NCBI GenBank assembly: GCA_951406725.2
Contig: OX597814.1
Location: 51,956,001-52,020,000, forward strand
Source: Octopus vulgaris
Lineage: Eukaryota
DNA length: 64,000 bases
Reading direction: 5' to 3'
The position numbers were made by a program, and so were the translations under genes. Within the stretch, counting starts at the first letter, position 1. The number at the start of each line of letters is the position of its first letter. Of the stretch, positions 1 through 13,621 are shown one piece after another. The notes beneath the pieces were generated by a model, which worked only from the letters and a program-made list of their open reading frames with translations, was not told the origin of the DNA and made no database searches.

Positions 1-51
1 CTTTGAACCAAAAAATTGTTCGCCGGCTGCCGGGTTAGTAACGAAAGTTAA
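1..51. mobile_element. Right end of a piggyBac-like MITE, cut by the window edge
   Basis: Ends gggttagtaacgaaagttaa, resembling the ...ggtatcaaaaggtttaa / ...taacaaaagatttaa ends of the family at 16770, 43969 and 60105. Confidence 0.35.
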
Positions 52-934
52 TTCATTCTGTTGAAAGTATTAAGGCCAGGCCACTGATCTAAGAGTAACT
101 TCCACCCATCTTCTACTGGTCTTAAAAACTCTAGATAAAAATAAAGTCATGGGTGCAGCCATTTCTTCCTGGAGTTAAACCAAAGAATTTTATAACCAAA
201 TCACTGCAAAATTGATAGAAAGATACCAATTGTATCACTACTACTACTACTACAACTATTACCACTACTTAAATATTGGTAAAAGAATTACAAGAAGAAA
301 GTATGATTTGGGAATCGAAAAAAAGCATTGGATCTTGATTCGCAACTGAAGGACTGAAAAAGTTATCTTGTTATAAAATTAGTGATTTGAGTGAGGAAAT
401 GTTTTTATAGTAGTGGTATGCAGAAAATTAGCAAGGTATCCACAGTGGTTCCTCATCAATTCATTGTGTATAATTATATCACAGTGAATACATTATGTGT
501 AATTTCATCACTTGGTAATTTCATTGCAAGGTAATTACATTACATGCTAATACATCATCATACTTTTATCTACAGAGTAAATACTTTGTAAGACATTATT
601 TCAAGTTTTTATTCACAGAATAAATATGCCACATTTCATTAACAATAAAATAGAAATCCAAAAATAAAGAAATTCCATCCAACATACAAGAAATTTTTAG
701 AAATCTTGATAAAGAGATAAGCAAACAATATATCGTAGGTGCAGAAATTTTGCATTGTAAAGAGAAATATAAAGAGAGTATTCCATGGATTCATTACATC
801 ATCAGTGAATATCAAAATCACAAAATACTGGGTTAAGAGGAATTACTTTGTCTGTTTAGAACACTTCATCCTTCCTCTAATTAAATTTTACTGCATTCAA
901 TTTGTTTTGTTTTTTTTAGGTGAAGGTGCAGTTT

Positions 935-1506
935 GATGCTGGTGCCATGTAAAAAAGCACCCAGGTCATTCTGTAAGGTGGTTGACATTAGGAAGAGCAT
1001 TCAACTGTAAAAACTATGCCAAAACAGACCTCACAATCGCTGATGCCATGTAAAAAGCATTTAGTCCACCTTGTAAGGTGGGTTAGTATTAGGAAGGGCA
1101 TCCAGCCATAGAAACCATGCCAAAACAGACAGTGAAGTCTGGTGCAGCCTTCTGGCTTGCCAGCTCCTGTCAAACCATCCAACCCATGCCAGTATCTAAA
1201 ATGGTTAAATGATGATGATAATGATGTCTGTAAAAAAGCACCCAGACCACTCTGTAAAGTGGTTGGCATTAGGAAGAGCATCTAGCTATAAAAACTATGT
1301 CAAACGAACCTCACCAATGTTGGTGTCATGTAAAAAAGCACTCAGTCTATTCTGTAAGGTGGTTGGCATTAGGAAAGTCATCCAACCATAAAACCCATGC
1401 CAAAACAGACAGTGAAACCTGGTGCAGTCTTCTGGCTTGCCAGCACCTGTCATTCCATCCAACCAATGTCAGCATGGAAAACAGATATTAAATAATGATG
1501 ATGATG
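935..1506 (+). mobile_element. Two tandem 3'-end copies of the RTE-clade LINE, each with an internal ~100-bp duplication
   Basis: Both units contain ...gtaaaaagca...ttaggaag(g/a)gcat(c/t)cagc...gtgcagccttctggcttgccagc...ccatccaacc...catgccag... and end in (gat)n at ~1210-1226 and ~1495-1506. Confidence 0.8.
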
Positions 1507-1539
1507 AAAATGTATGACAATGAATTTACTGATGATGTA

Positions 1540-2403
1540 TTAGCTCAAGGTGTAATAACCCAGCAATAAAATTATAAATGCTGTATTTACTACAATCAAT
1601 TTACTGTATACAGTTTACTGCTGGGTGGCTTTTAAGTTCGCTCCTGTGGAGGGCTCTTCATAAGGCCTTGGGCCCAACAATAACACTTCATGCACTGAGT
1701 ACATATTAAATTTTATTAAACTTGAACAATATTTTTCAAGCAATGAACAATTTTCATTAAAACAATTATATAATTTGTCAACTTGGAACTTATTGCAAAG
1801 CTGCATGATAAACAACAGTACCACCACCATCGCCACCACATCTGCCATATACACCATTCAGACCTCTGACACTATCACCATCAATACCTTTGACTTCGCC
1901 ACTTTCCCCTACCACCACCACCACCATCACCTCTGTCTTTCACATTGCTTACTTTCACCATCATCCTTGACCACCTCAGCTACCACCACCACCACCATCA
2001 TCACTGCCGCCTCTATCACAACTACAGCTCATAATATTACTATCACCCCATTACCATTAGTGTTCAGTACGTTAGTTCAGCATGCTGGTTCAGTGTTCAG
2101 TCCCTCTTTTGCTCACAAACCTACTCTTTCTTTCTCTCCTCTGCCACCTTCAACTCTACTACTTTTAATAAAACATCAACTCTCCCTAAATTTCTTTGTC
2201 TCTCTTTCTCTCCCTCTCTTTTCCTTTCTTTCTTTCTCTCTCTCTCTCTCTGTCTTCACCACTGCCCTCACTGTCTTTATGCCTACTATTACTCTCACCC
2301 AGCATGAGGAATAGTAGCAGTGTCACTGAATAGTGAGAGAGTGAGGGCTAAAGTGCAACACACTGACACACAGAAATTAGTTTTCGCATTTATTATATTA
2401 GAT
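1540..2403 (-). mobile_element. Possible non-autonomous Helitron-like element carrying (CAC)n and (CT)n low-complexity tracts
   Basis: Plus-strand tttattatattagat (2389-2403) reads A|TCTAATATAATAAA on minus, a typical Helitron 5' end. The internal microsatellites (1815-2260) explain the Thr/His/Ser-rich ORF 1775-2314. The 3' CTAG/hairpin is not clearly preserved. Confidence 0.35.
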
Positions 2404-2839
2404 GATATATGATATTTAGTTTGGCTCTTTACAATCTTATAGAGCAAAGTTAACTTTAATAGAACTTGAACTATGCTTTTCAGTGTCTGTAAAGTAAAAT
2501 ATCAGCGAAATTTGGGAGTAAATTTAATCGACTAACCCTTCACTCCAGAATTTGAGCATTATGTGTCTTTTATAAGCAATTAACGAGGAAAGAGAAAGAG
2601 GTGGGGCAAAGTGATTGCAGTTGATTTATAGTAATCTCTAAATAGTGAGCTGTATATTATCTGTTAAATGTGCAATATTACATTAAGATTAAGATTTAGT
2701 TCAAGTGAGCTAAGAAAGAAAAATATCATGCCATTGACCAATCAAGGTGGCTATGCAGAAATAAAGATTATAGAAATAGATGCTGTGGTAGCATTAAACA
2801 AGGAAAATATAACCTTGAATATAGTCAAGCTCTAAGAAT

Positions 2840-3190
2840 GACATAGCTAAGTGGTTAAGAAGAATTTCACACTGAAATCATGAAGTCCCAAGCTTGATCC
2901 CATTGCATGGCATCTTGAGCAATTGTTTTATCATAGCCTCAGATTAATCCAAGCCGTATAAGTGAAATTGGGTAGAAAGAAACTGTAAGGAAGCCTGTTA
3001 GCTAGACTGAACCTGTAATTCAAAGATTCAACTTTATCACAAATTGTGTTGTACTGATTTAGCTTGGGAAATAGCATTAAGGGTGCATGTGTCTGCAAAA
3101 TACTCAACTACTTACATGTTAATTTAATGAGTCAAATGCTCAGTTGATTGAATGACAATGTTCGCCATCAAAATCGATGGAGGATCCATC
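2840..3190 (+). mobile_element. tRNA-derived SINE family A, old copy with a third type of 3' tail
   Basis: Head (tagctaagtggttaag...gcatggcatcttgagcaattg...tagcctc...ttgggtagaaagaaactgtaaggaagcctgt) matches the copies at 18155 and 18745; the downstream half matches neither. Confidence 0.6.
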
Positions 3191-3317
3191 ACACATTAAG
3201 ACAAAACAAATATAAAGCAGCTGATGATCACAATGATGATAATGATGATTACATTGATATTATAGTAAAACATTTTGGAAAACTTCAGACAATGAAATTG
3301 GTAAGTATTTTATTCAA

Positions 3318-3490
3318 ATATATTTCTTTATTGCCCACCAGGGACTAAACAGAGAGGGGACAAACAAGGACAGACAAATGGATTACATCGACTTCAGTGC
3401 ATAACTGGTACTTATTTAATCAACCCCAAAAGAATGAAAGGCCAAGTTGACCTTGGCGGAATTTGAACTCAGAACATAACAGCAGGCGAA
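3318..3490 (-). mobile_element. tRNA-derived SINE family B, partial
   Basis: actggtacttatttaatcaaccccaaaagaatgaaaggccaagttgaccttggcggaatttgaactcagaac matches the copy at 41215-41431; its tail segment differs. Confidence 0.75.
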
Positions 3491-4149
3491 GTTCCTATGA
3501 AACATTATACTTAACTACACTGTTCCAAATTGTAGCTTTAGTCTTACATTCCTTCTGCTCCTCCTCAAATTACATACACACAATTCATTCTGCAATTCAT
3601 CAACTTACTGTAGACCTGAGATGTATATTCTTTATTCTGTAACAACAAAAATGGTATCTCTTCTGTTTCATACTTAATTCTCATAGATTTGTTACTTTTG
3701 ATATTCATAATTTTGCTTAACTGTAAAAGGTACTACATATTTGTAAAGTCTGCTTAAATCTCATGATATTTATTTAAAATCTTAATTCCTTGTAGAGTTT
3801 GAAAACCACACTTAGAAAAACAAAATTCAGATCCAACATTTCAATCTAATCAATTTTAAATAAATAACTCCCCAAAATATATTAATGAAATAACTGACAT
3901 TTGTCACAAATTTGGTCATATTGACATGAAAACTAATGTTTAGATTGTTCATTAAGAAAGCAATCATTCCATTGATTCTATTCTCTTGAGAAATATCTAC
4001 AAAGATTGTACTTCATACCAGAAAGAAAAACAAATAATAATTGGTGAATACAAGATCTGAAGAAAACTGGCTCTTGATGTATTTCAAGCTATTTGAATTC
4101 CTCCGTCCACACTGATGGGGATGTGATAAAAATCCAATTCTAAATTCAT

Positions 4150-4366
4150 TCAACCCTTTAGCATTTAAATCAGTATATCTAGCTCAAATATTCTACATGT
4201 TTTATGTTCAAACCAGACAGATTCGGCCTCTCACACTCATCCTACGATGTCATTCTAAAAAATAAACAATCATCATTGAAATCTCAAAGCTATGAGATTA
4301 ATTCAAAGCAATGTGAATAAAATAGGAATTATATTTGACAGAGTAATCTGAATGCTAAAGGGCTAA
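4150..4366. mobile_element. piggyBac-like MITE, family 1
   Basis: TIRs ccctttagcatt / aatgctaaaggg with degenerate TTAA flanks (tcaa, ctaa). An inverted homologous copy lies at 35263-35486. Confidence 0.75.
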
Positions 4367-5799
4367 ACAAACTGCCTCCTTTTGAATAGCCTCAATGTCA
4401 ATTTTTTATGAAGTTAAAGTATAGTTGACAATATTAATCTCAATATAGTACCAATGCTTACTTTACTAACATATAGAGAGATTAATGATTAAATACAGAA
4501 AAACTTTAACTGTGAGCATTTAATCCAGCCCTGTCTCAGAATTTTCCATTATTTTAGCTTATAATTAGGTTAAATCTTTATTCATCAACAAATTTGATGA
4601 GTTTATGTAACAGGAAAAGAAACAAGATAGTCTTGACTCAAAGGAAATCTAAATCAAATATGTCATCAGAATTTTTTGCACATTTAAATAATGATTTATA
4701 TAAATTTCAAGCTGAAAAAATATTCCATGTGTTAAGATTTGAAGCTACATTGAAAATACTTTTTATGTGTCTCGACACATGAAACTAGCTGTGGACAGTG
4801 AAACTCTTTGATTAACAACTACTGTTGCTACCTGAAAAATTGTCTGAATATTTCAGTGGTTTTCAGAAACCTCCAAAGTTGAGTTTGTTTCCAACTAAGT
4901 TTCATTAGTATTTCCTATTATGACAAACTACACCATAAACTTTTGTGCTTATCAGAATATCAACAATGTTTACATTCCTATTGAGCAGTAAATATCAAAC
5001 TTAAGACACTATGCTTGAAATGACAATGTCCAAGATGAGGTGATCTACAAAACTTAACCATATATTTTTACCAGACTTAAGGGCCTACTATGTCCACTAC
5101 TAAGAAGATTATCAGCTAAAAATATGCTTTGCTTGTGAAGCAATCTACTGAGCATGTGTGAGGTGAGGAAATAAAAAAAAATGTACTTAGTTTCCCGGTG
5201 GATAGCACCTGCTCCTAAAGACATTCAAATAAATATAGAATAAACAATTTCCATAGTGATCTAGAGCATCTTGTCAGTGGTGTTAAGAAGACCAAGAGGA
5301 ATACAGAAAGGAGCTGTAACTGTATTATATGTCATTTTTAATGAAATCAAACTGACATAACAACAAAGAATAACTGAACCAATCACAATAATAATTGCAA
5401 AGAAACATAATCACATGCCTTTATTTTTGAGATTGTTTTATCTACATCTAAGTAAAGTAATCCTTTTCCTAATGATGAAATTCCACCTAGAAATAAATTT
5501 GAAACTACTCACTGACAAAGTTTTTTAAATAACTGATTTAAGCCAAAGCACTAATTTGATATAAGCTGCATCCAACACTCCATTATGTATAAACAAATAT
5601 CTATAGTTATGTTACTTCCCTTGAGAATTACCATGTGTCATAAATCATAGAAACTGCTGGCATAACAGCACATCCTTACTATAGCCAATTAACATTTAAC
5701 ATTTAATGGTTCACTTGCTATGGTTATTAAAGATTTAAAATCAATATTGTAAAGTGCCTGAAAGTAACTCTTCTTGCAATGGCTGGTATCAATAAAAGA

Positions 5800-6070
5800 A
5801 GCACTACTGCTGATAGTTGTTTGTCAATGAAAAAAATGGACAGATAATTTCTTTTTTCTAAGAAGCAAATGAGAATTGTATAAAAGACATGGTGGCAGAT
5901 TACAATCTTGAATGCTACTATTTGACCAGGCATAAGGAACACAAAGAACTGAAAGGGTCTCTGTATTTAGACAAGCTGACTTTCTTAAAAGACTATGCAA
6001 GCAGCAGTCTATTTTCAAAAGACATTAAAAAAGAAATACCTCTGCAACATGATTCAGTCATGAAGTATGT
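5800..6070 (+). pseudogene. hAT (Charlie/SPIN/GTF2IRD2-like) transposase N-terminal fragment
   Basis: KKWTDNFFF followed by ..YNLECYYLTRHKEHKELKGSLYLDKLTFLK..SLFSK resembles the WTDxYFF...C..C...KEYNLRRHYETKH...LKG..R.DK...LK...QQ..F region of SPIN-type transposases. Frameshifted. Confidence 0.55.
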
Positions 6071-6299
6071 TAGTTAATTGCACAGAAAATATTAATGACT
6101 GTAATTATAAAAGATTCATAAAGTTGTTTTGTTTTTTTAAACAGAATGGGTTTTATTACCTTGATATTATAAAATAATTCTATGGCAATATTTTGTTCTC
6201 ATTATATTATATATAATGCAAGTATTTCAAACAACAATGGCTAATTCAAAATAAATTTGCTCTCAAATTAAGTGTGTATATGTCATTATTTACAATATT

Positions 6300-6440
6300 A
6301 AGGATAGAATTGTTAGAGTCTGAAAGAAAAAGCTGTATGATAGTTAGTTGTGGCTCTAACAGGGTGAGTTCAAATCCAGCTGAGGTCAACCATGATATTC
6401 ATCTTTCTGGGATCAATAAAATAAAGTATCAGTCAAATGT
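6300..6440 (+). mobile_element. SINE family B, degenerate
   Basis: gagttcaaatccagctgaggtcaac...catctttctgggatcaataaaataaagtatcagt matches the family B core. Confidence 0.55.
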
Positions 6441-7269
6441 AGTTTGTAAGAAAACACACCCAGCTCAGTAGAACTAAGTTCTGGAATCATTGTGTGTATG
6501 TGTGCACACACACATGTGCATAAATGGGCCCTTTACCCAATTTCCTTTTTAAGACACTCCCACCACCCTTCAGATCTCTAACTGCAACTTTTCCTCAATA
6601 TCACTAATCTTTTTCACAACCTGGAACCATTTCACTCAATATCCATCCCTCATCCTTAATACTGTTCTTTCTACCCACATTTTAAATTAACACCTCCCTC
6701 TGAGCCACTAAATTAAACTACTTCTCCTCCTCAGCACCACACATCTCTTCCAACACTCTTTTGAAACCTGCTCAACCACTCACCATCCTCTCTCTCTCTC
6801 TCAATCAATCACCCTTTCCCAGTCTACTGTAGCATCATTATTATTCTGCTACCACTCATCCATATGCATCCTTGGTCACCTCCCACCCTATCTACAATTC
6901 ATTACATCCATCCTTCAACCCTATCCAGTCTGCAGTTGTCCCCTATTCTTCTCTGCTTATCATTCACTCAACACTTGTTCATTATATACACCCTCTCACC
7001 AATTCCACATCTCTAGCCACTTCTCATTCTCGAACACATCCTGGCAACCTCTACTCATACTCTTGGCTCTTCTTCCCCCATTCACTTCTATGTACAACAT
7101 TGAAGGACTACACAGATGCTTCATTATTTTATCTCTTCCCTGTTCCTCCCTGGTCACCCCCACCTCTTCTAAAATGTAGGTAACCATGTAATTACTCACA
7201 GCAAGAAACCTGCTCTGTTCTGGCCCTTTCTTTCATATTTTATCTCATCTGTTACCATAAAACTGCTTT

Positions 7270-7470
7270 TCTTGGGGTTTATAGTCTTGCAAGCTTCATG
7301 TGACCTCACCCATGCTGGGGTCAGAAAAAGGTATCCAGTACACACTATAAAATAGTTGGTATTATGAAATATATTCAGCCATAGAAACCATGTGGAGCAT
7401 GATGCAGTCCTTGGACATAGAGCCAGTCAAACTAGATCCATGGCAGCATGGAGCGTGAACATTGATAATG
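7270..7470 (+). mobile_element. Old RTE-LINE 3'-end copy
   Basis: ...cagccatagaaaccatg...gtcaaactagatccatggcagcatggagcgtgaacattgataatg. Confidence 0.5.
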
Positions 7471-10164
7471 TTTTTAAATATTGCTTTATGTTCAAATAAT
7501 AACAAAAAAAAATAATGTTACATTACTTATTTATGAATTAATGATGAGCAGATACTAAAATCAAACAGTTTTTAGTTCCATTAACAACACAGTAATTAAG
7601 AAATATTTTATATTGATCTTTAAATTTGGAGTGGTATAAAGAAAAACAAAAATTAGTATTTTTTCATAAAAAAAACTAAGCCTGCTTCCAATTTTTTTCT
7701 CAACTTCTGAGTCTTAAAGATTATAACTGAAAGAAAAAAAACTACAAATCCAAAATTAATAAATTTATCCTACTAGGGAGTAAATTTAACAAAAATTAAA
7801 AACAAAATGCACACACTCAGAATAGCTGTACCCCAATAGTGCTATTAATCCAAAACAGTAAGTTCCTCTGCACTTATTAATGGGATGAACATAACCAATG
7901 ATACTAAGAGCTCAAGAGCTGTCAGGCTATAACTGAGTGAACTTGGTCAACTTCTGCTGAAACCATTAATAAATAGACATAAAGGGGAAAAAATCAATAT
8001 ATTCAAACTCATTGTACCCCATATGATATAACAATATTTGTTTAAATTTGAAGAGGACTATTATATTTGGAATGATGGATCTGTGGATAACACTTAATGC
8101 TATAAGCTTGTCTCAGCTAAACAACTATATTTCTCTTTCTTTTTTTTTCATTAAAATTATTTCTTTTTACCCAATTTTCAATTTAACCACTGTATTTGTA
8201 AATGTCTTTATACTATCACGCAGTCATACACTATCTGCACCATCTCAAGATTTTGTGTAAGATTTGTGCATGCTGCACTGACCAGAAACAATCTCAAGCA
8301 TTGCAACAATATTCTCTCTCTCCAATATCTATTAGAGACAATACAGCCATTACATTATATTCCTTAGTAAAGTAGATTATATATTTCAGTTTGCTTGGTT
8401 GGTAACAAATTCCACTTTTGCTTCCCAATCCAGTAAATACTAGAAGGAAGAACATTCAGATGTAAACAAACAAGAAAAAAATACTAGCAATATTTAATAT
8501 TACTATACAGATTTCAAATTATCCTTATATCTCATTGGTTTTGAATGTATTGGCTCACACACATACACATGAAATATGGAACTTTGATTTATATACTTTA
8601 AAGAGCAATACCATCACTATCCTGCAAAAATTCAGATCAGACTTGCTCCTCATAATGTTCCGTATTTAATTAATCTTGATTAATTAAAATTTCATGGTTA
8701 TCTTCCTCTGTCTTTTTTGGCCAAAATTAGTCAATTAGATAATGATTGTTCTCATCACAGTGTAAATTTAATTAAAATTTCTTGGCTTACTCTATCAAGT
8801 AAGTTAGTGCCTACTTTATTAAAACTAAATTGGAAATACATATGTAATGTGTGTGTGTGAAATACATACGTAATGTGTGAAAGCAGGCACATGCAATAAT
8901 AGTTATAATGACAAATTATTAGAAAACATTCGCTAATATTTAGTACATCACCAGCTAACTGAATTATTGATTAATTATAATGACTAATTAAACAATATTG
9001 ATTGAACATATATTGATAATAGAAATCTGTAAAGAAACACAAATCTAATAGTAAAAATATAATATAATTATGAGAATATTTTTTAATGTCTGAATGTGTG
9101 AATATAACATTTTGTTTGAATTTATTTATGAATGCTTTCATATGTTCAGTTAGTGTTGAACAATTAACTGTTCCTAAGCCTGTGTTTGATTTATGGAAAA
9201 AAGCATATTTTTTCATTATTTATCTTGAATAGCAAGCCCATAAAGTCAACACATGTATTTCTTTATCAAAGTCTGCAGATAATTTTTGATTTCCAGCTAT
9301 AACCATTTTACTTTATTTATACAACTAATATCTTTAGAAAAGCATGGCCCTCTAAGTATCCCATCTTCACTGCCTTATAAACCAAAAGCTTTGAACTTTG
9401 CAAAAAATTATTTCACCTAAGTATGTAATATACTTATTTTCTGTAAAGTTTTTATACAAATATGAAGTAACATATATGAACACAAGTCTAACTAGAGACA
9501 TAGCAAACAGACAAATACAGTAATGCATCTGATATACAGAGATATACATTATCTGTGTATGTGATAAAAAGATCCACCTAAACATATAGTCTTATTTATT
9601 GACATACACATGCATTAAATCACATACAACCACACCAATATACACACATATCATAATCACAGTTCAATGCAGCATTATTGATTGTACTTTATCATGCCAT
9701 TTTCTTGTTAACAATTTTCTCTCTTCAACTATTTAAACTTCCTATTATTTCTGTGCTGGAACAGTGTTTACCATTGCACCGTGCCAGGCAACCAACAGGA
9801 AACTCTTCAACAACTTTGCTTAGCTAACAAGATTCAAAACAGGGTGTGGTGATGTGAGAAAAATAAAATACCTGACAAAGGTTATTAATGATGCTCTTCA
9901 TTTCAGACACCAAATGTATACAGTCAACACATGCACATGTCTGGTTGTCACCCTATTGAAGATTTCATTATCTAGGCAATAGCAGACATCCTTCTGTTTA
10001 ATATAAATCTATTTTATATTTTTCCTTGAAAAAAAAAAAAAATCTCCATTACAACTGTTTCCACTGATTTAGACAAGACTTTCACTTTTTAAACTACCAT
10101 TCACCAATCATAATCATAAAGAGACATATTGGCACATTGTTGCAAAGCACACTGTAATCTATTT

Positions 10165-10420
10165 AAGTAACCTCTACATGGTCACTTCGATTACTAGAAA
10201 TAGCAACAAAATATTCCTCAAACCACACCTTATTGCCCATACTGTCCTATATTACAACATCTAACATTATTCACTGCATATCAGAGTGTGTATTGTGGTC
10301 TTCAATTTAGCAGAATTAATATATATTTGGAACAATAGATGAGTGAGTCACAGTTAGTCACTCAGTTGAGAGCCTGCAAACTACTGGTGTGCTCAATCAG
10401 AGCTGACTGAGGGCCACAAG
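10165..10420 (+). repeat. Unclassified dispersed repeat 'family E', representative copy (about 13 copies in the window)
   Basis: Shared core ...tacatggtcac..acctgctagaaatagcagccaaatctccctcaaatcacacc...gatcagagctgacc..gggctaaacaacaac. Plus copies ~10165, 11068, 14570, 38105, 48705, 62410; minus copies ~16045, 19133, 24035, 26760, 41925, 45618, 49280. Confidence 0.7.
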
Positions 10421-11378
10421 AGCAATATGGCTATCTCTTGCTACAAATAAACAACAATGAGACTGGAAATTAAGATAATAAACTGAAAAGTAAAGAAATC
10501 TTTCCAGTCAAAATAACATATTTATACAACATCATGGTATATGATAAATATGTTATTCTTCACATTACAATATCTAAAACATCATTATATATTGAATACT
10601 AACATATTTAGGTCAAACTTGACTTCTTAACATAATGGTTAATATGCTATGTCAGTTAAGGACTTTTTTTGACTGTATATATTTACATGTAGACACACAC
10701 AACCATACATACACACATGAAAGTTGCATGGTAACAAAGATAATGTACTATGACATTAACCAATGAAATACTGATGTGAATCTAATCTGTATCTTGTTTC
10801 CACCAATTTTTTAAACCTGTTTACACATTCTTAAAAGGAATCTTTGAATAAAAATCAATAAGTTTATTTGCATAAAAGATGTTTGTAAATTTATGTGGAC
10901 AAGCGTATGTGCACATGCACATGAATAAGCTAATTTCCTGTTGTATGATCTAATGTAAGTGTGAAAGCATAACCCTCACTATGGGCAAATCAGTAGACCG
11001 ATATTTTAGCCATTTAAATACCCATAATACTATGAAGTTATTCATTGAGTAAACAAAAGAGATTTTGTGCAGTACTTGAACAGCTAGAGTTAGCAGCTAA
11101 AATTTCCCCACCGATCACATTCTGTCATCTTAAGAAAACAAAAAGATATGTTGGATAAAATGTTGAAAAAAATGGAATCCCTACATCTAGAATATTTTTG
11201 GTGAGAGGTCATCTCAGTCAGCTAACCTGAGATTAAATAACGGGCTATCTTGAAATTGGAGAAGCCACAAATAACAGTATTTATTTAATAGATTTCAAGT
11301 AATAAAATAAAGCAGAAATATAGGTGGCTCCATAGTTAACGCCTTTATAATACCATTGTTGTTGAATATGTGGATGCA

Positions 11379-11633
11379 TTAACCCTTTAACTGCAGGAAT
11401 TAAATGTCATGATTATTCCAGTGATGATATTAAATATACACTGTTATATTAAATATACATATGAATAATGGAATTGGTATTTTCTGCAAGTCACATTGCC
11501 TCAGTGAACTTGACATATTTCAACAAAAAGTAGTTTCAAACATGACATTACTTGACAAAAGATAGATTAGTATAGAAAACTACTTTCTGCAATTAAGGGT
11601 AATGAAATTTTGAGTTCACAGTCAAAGGGTTAA
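11379..11633. mobile_element. piggyBac-like MITE, family 2
   Basis: ttaa-ccctttaactgcag ... cacagtcaaaggg-ttaa; a second right-end-like copy ttctgcaattaagggtaa at 11585-11602. Confidence 0.55.
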
Positions 11634-12634
11634 TATAACAATGACAAACTAATGAAAATAAGGAAACATAACTTCAAGAGTGATTTAATGACTTAATAGA
11701 TCTGGAGGCGGCTAATTTGAAGAAAAAAATCATATTTTCAGATTTACTTTGTTACAATAATAAAGAGCTAATATTTTATTATTAAATCTAATTAGAAAAA
11801 AAAATCACTTCCACGTATCTAAAATTTATCATGTAAGATAATAATTTTCCCAACTATTATCTTTATGTTTAGATTGTACAAATGTAATATTATATCTACA
11901 CTATGATCTACATAGTTCACTCTCTAATTGTAATGCTTCTGTATATAGGATCTGGGAAGAAAAAAAAAAGACTTTAAAAAATCAAATTTATTGCTTTACT
12001 TGCAATTTAATCAAACTTATCTCCTGCAAAATACTTTCCTCCCTTTATTGATATACTGTCCCTAATGATTTTCTAATTTCAAAATAAGTTCTGTTATGTG
12101 CTTTCAGGATAAGTTAGCAGTTATGGGAATAAATTTTCCAAAACCTCTTCTTTCAGAATGAATTTCAGTTAGTGGGTGGGGAAGAGCTTGCAGGAACCAA
12201 ATAGCCATCTGGAGAGTGGAATGTCAGGGAGTCGTTCTTGAGTGTGTTTAACTTCCGTGAGGAATATCTGTGAAGTGTAAAGTTAGTTATGAACACAGCT
12301 GCAACATCATGTCTGTTGCAAATTCTCTGAATTTCATTCACAAAGGCTCTTCTAGTAAAACAGAGAGAGAAAGTGAGAATGAAGTCTGATTTAATACTAC
12401 TGTATGCTTGAGAGTGGACGTGGGTTTTAGTTGATGTATTGAACACACTGTTATTCAGAAATGTTTTGTGAGATGGTTCGTTTCTTCTTTATAAGTATAG
12501 ATTATTTGTGCTTGAAGTTGAAGGCACTTAATAATTTTTCTATTCTTTGATGTACTGGTGTAAAGGACAAAATTAGTTGTCACAACACTTGTGTATAAAT
12601 ACTAATAGCTATCAAACCAATAATTAAGATAAAC

Positions 12635-12752
12635 TCTCTTTAGCCTACAGGCTCATTAGGCTGGCACTAATCTTGTTTCTGAAGAGTTGAGAGACAGAGT
12701 ACAAAAATCACTCTGGAGAGGATACCAGTCAGTCACAAAGTTAACTCCCAGC
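12635..12752 (-). mobile_element. 3' part of a SINE related to 37101-37320, ending at the LINE tail
   Basis: ctggagaggataccagtcagtcacaaagttaactc resembles ctagacaggacactggtccatcacaggattactc at 37156-37189. Confidence 0.4.
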
Positions 12753-13600
12753 TGTTGTTGTTGTTGTTCACCTCAAGTGCCTGAGAATAACTTTCAGAAG
12801 CGCTAGAGCCGTGGAAGGGAGATGAATCATCTCATCCATTGTAGCCCCTAGTTGGCGGATATAGTGTTCCACCATCAGGGCCGGACATATCAGCCAGAGA
12901 TGTTCTGTAAATTCCATCTCCTCATTACAGAGTCTGCATTGACCTGTGTCGCTGCATCCTGCCACCTTTTGCCACTCCCTGAGTGCTGGATGATGACCAC
13001 TATGGAAGCGTATCATGTCTGTGAAGTCTGCCTTCGAGAGGGCTGCTTCGATTCTTTCATCCAGCTTCTTCATGAAGACTTCCTTCAGACGGGGGTGTTG
13101 AATTGGCATTGGCTGGAATGTTTGACGAATAACTGCCTGACGAATGGCAGCATCCAGTTGTGGCAGCGCCAAGCCATATTTTGCCTGCATATTTGCAAGT
13201 TCATTACTGCAGAGGTTGTAATGGCCTGGCACCCAGATCACCGTCAAAATTTTGCCAGCTGCTACAAGGGCTGCTGTTTGTTGCAATTCTATAATTGTCA
13301 GGTCTGGGGGGAACGGGTTGTTTACTGCTTCAACCAATGATTTGCGATCGCAGACTATTGCTGTGGAGGCCCTGTACATCAGGGGAATTGGGTAGGCTGG
13401 CAAGTGTTTGTTGAGCTGCCAGCAGTTGTACATTGACAGGCATCTGCTTCATGGTGGGATTGTAGATGGTAGTAAGGAAAAGGGGATTTTCCCATGGCAG
13501 AGGTGGACGCCGTATGTTGGGACGGGGGAACAATGTTCAGTCATGCTAAGGCTGGGAGTTGTTGACTTCTCCAGTCTGTCTGCTTGAGTCATTTGTGGGT
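12753..13600 (-). mobile_element. 5'-truncated I-group (Ingi/Nimb-like) LINE: RNase H and CCHC C-terminus, (AAC)n tail
   Basis: ORF 12768-13433 has RNase H motifs (IVCDRKSL, WVPGHYNLCSNELAN..AK), RFHSGH and CRLC..E..EH....CP. The stop codon is followed directly by acaacaacaacaac. Confidence 0.8.
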
Positions 13601-13621
13601 GTAGATGTTCAGAACTTTATA

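Noticed and set aside
1775-2314. 179-aa Thr/His/Ser-rich ORF
   Set aside because: Translation of (CAC)n and (CT)n low-complexity DNA, with a TTG start.
4560-5350. Possible decayed Helitron helicase coding sequence
   Set aside because: Only vague motif echoes (LKICFA); not supportable without a profile search.
12852-13340. 162-aa plus-strand ORF
   Set aside because: Antisense shadow of the RNase H LINE ORF.
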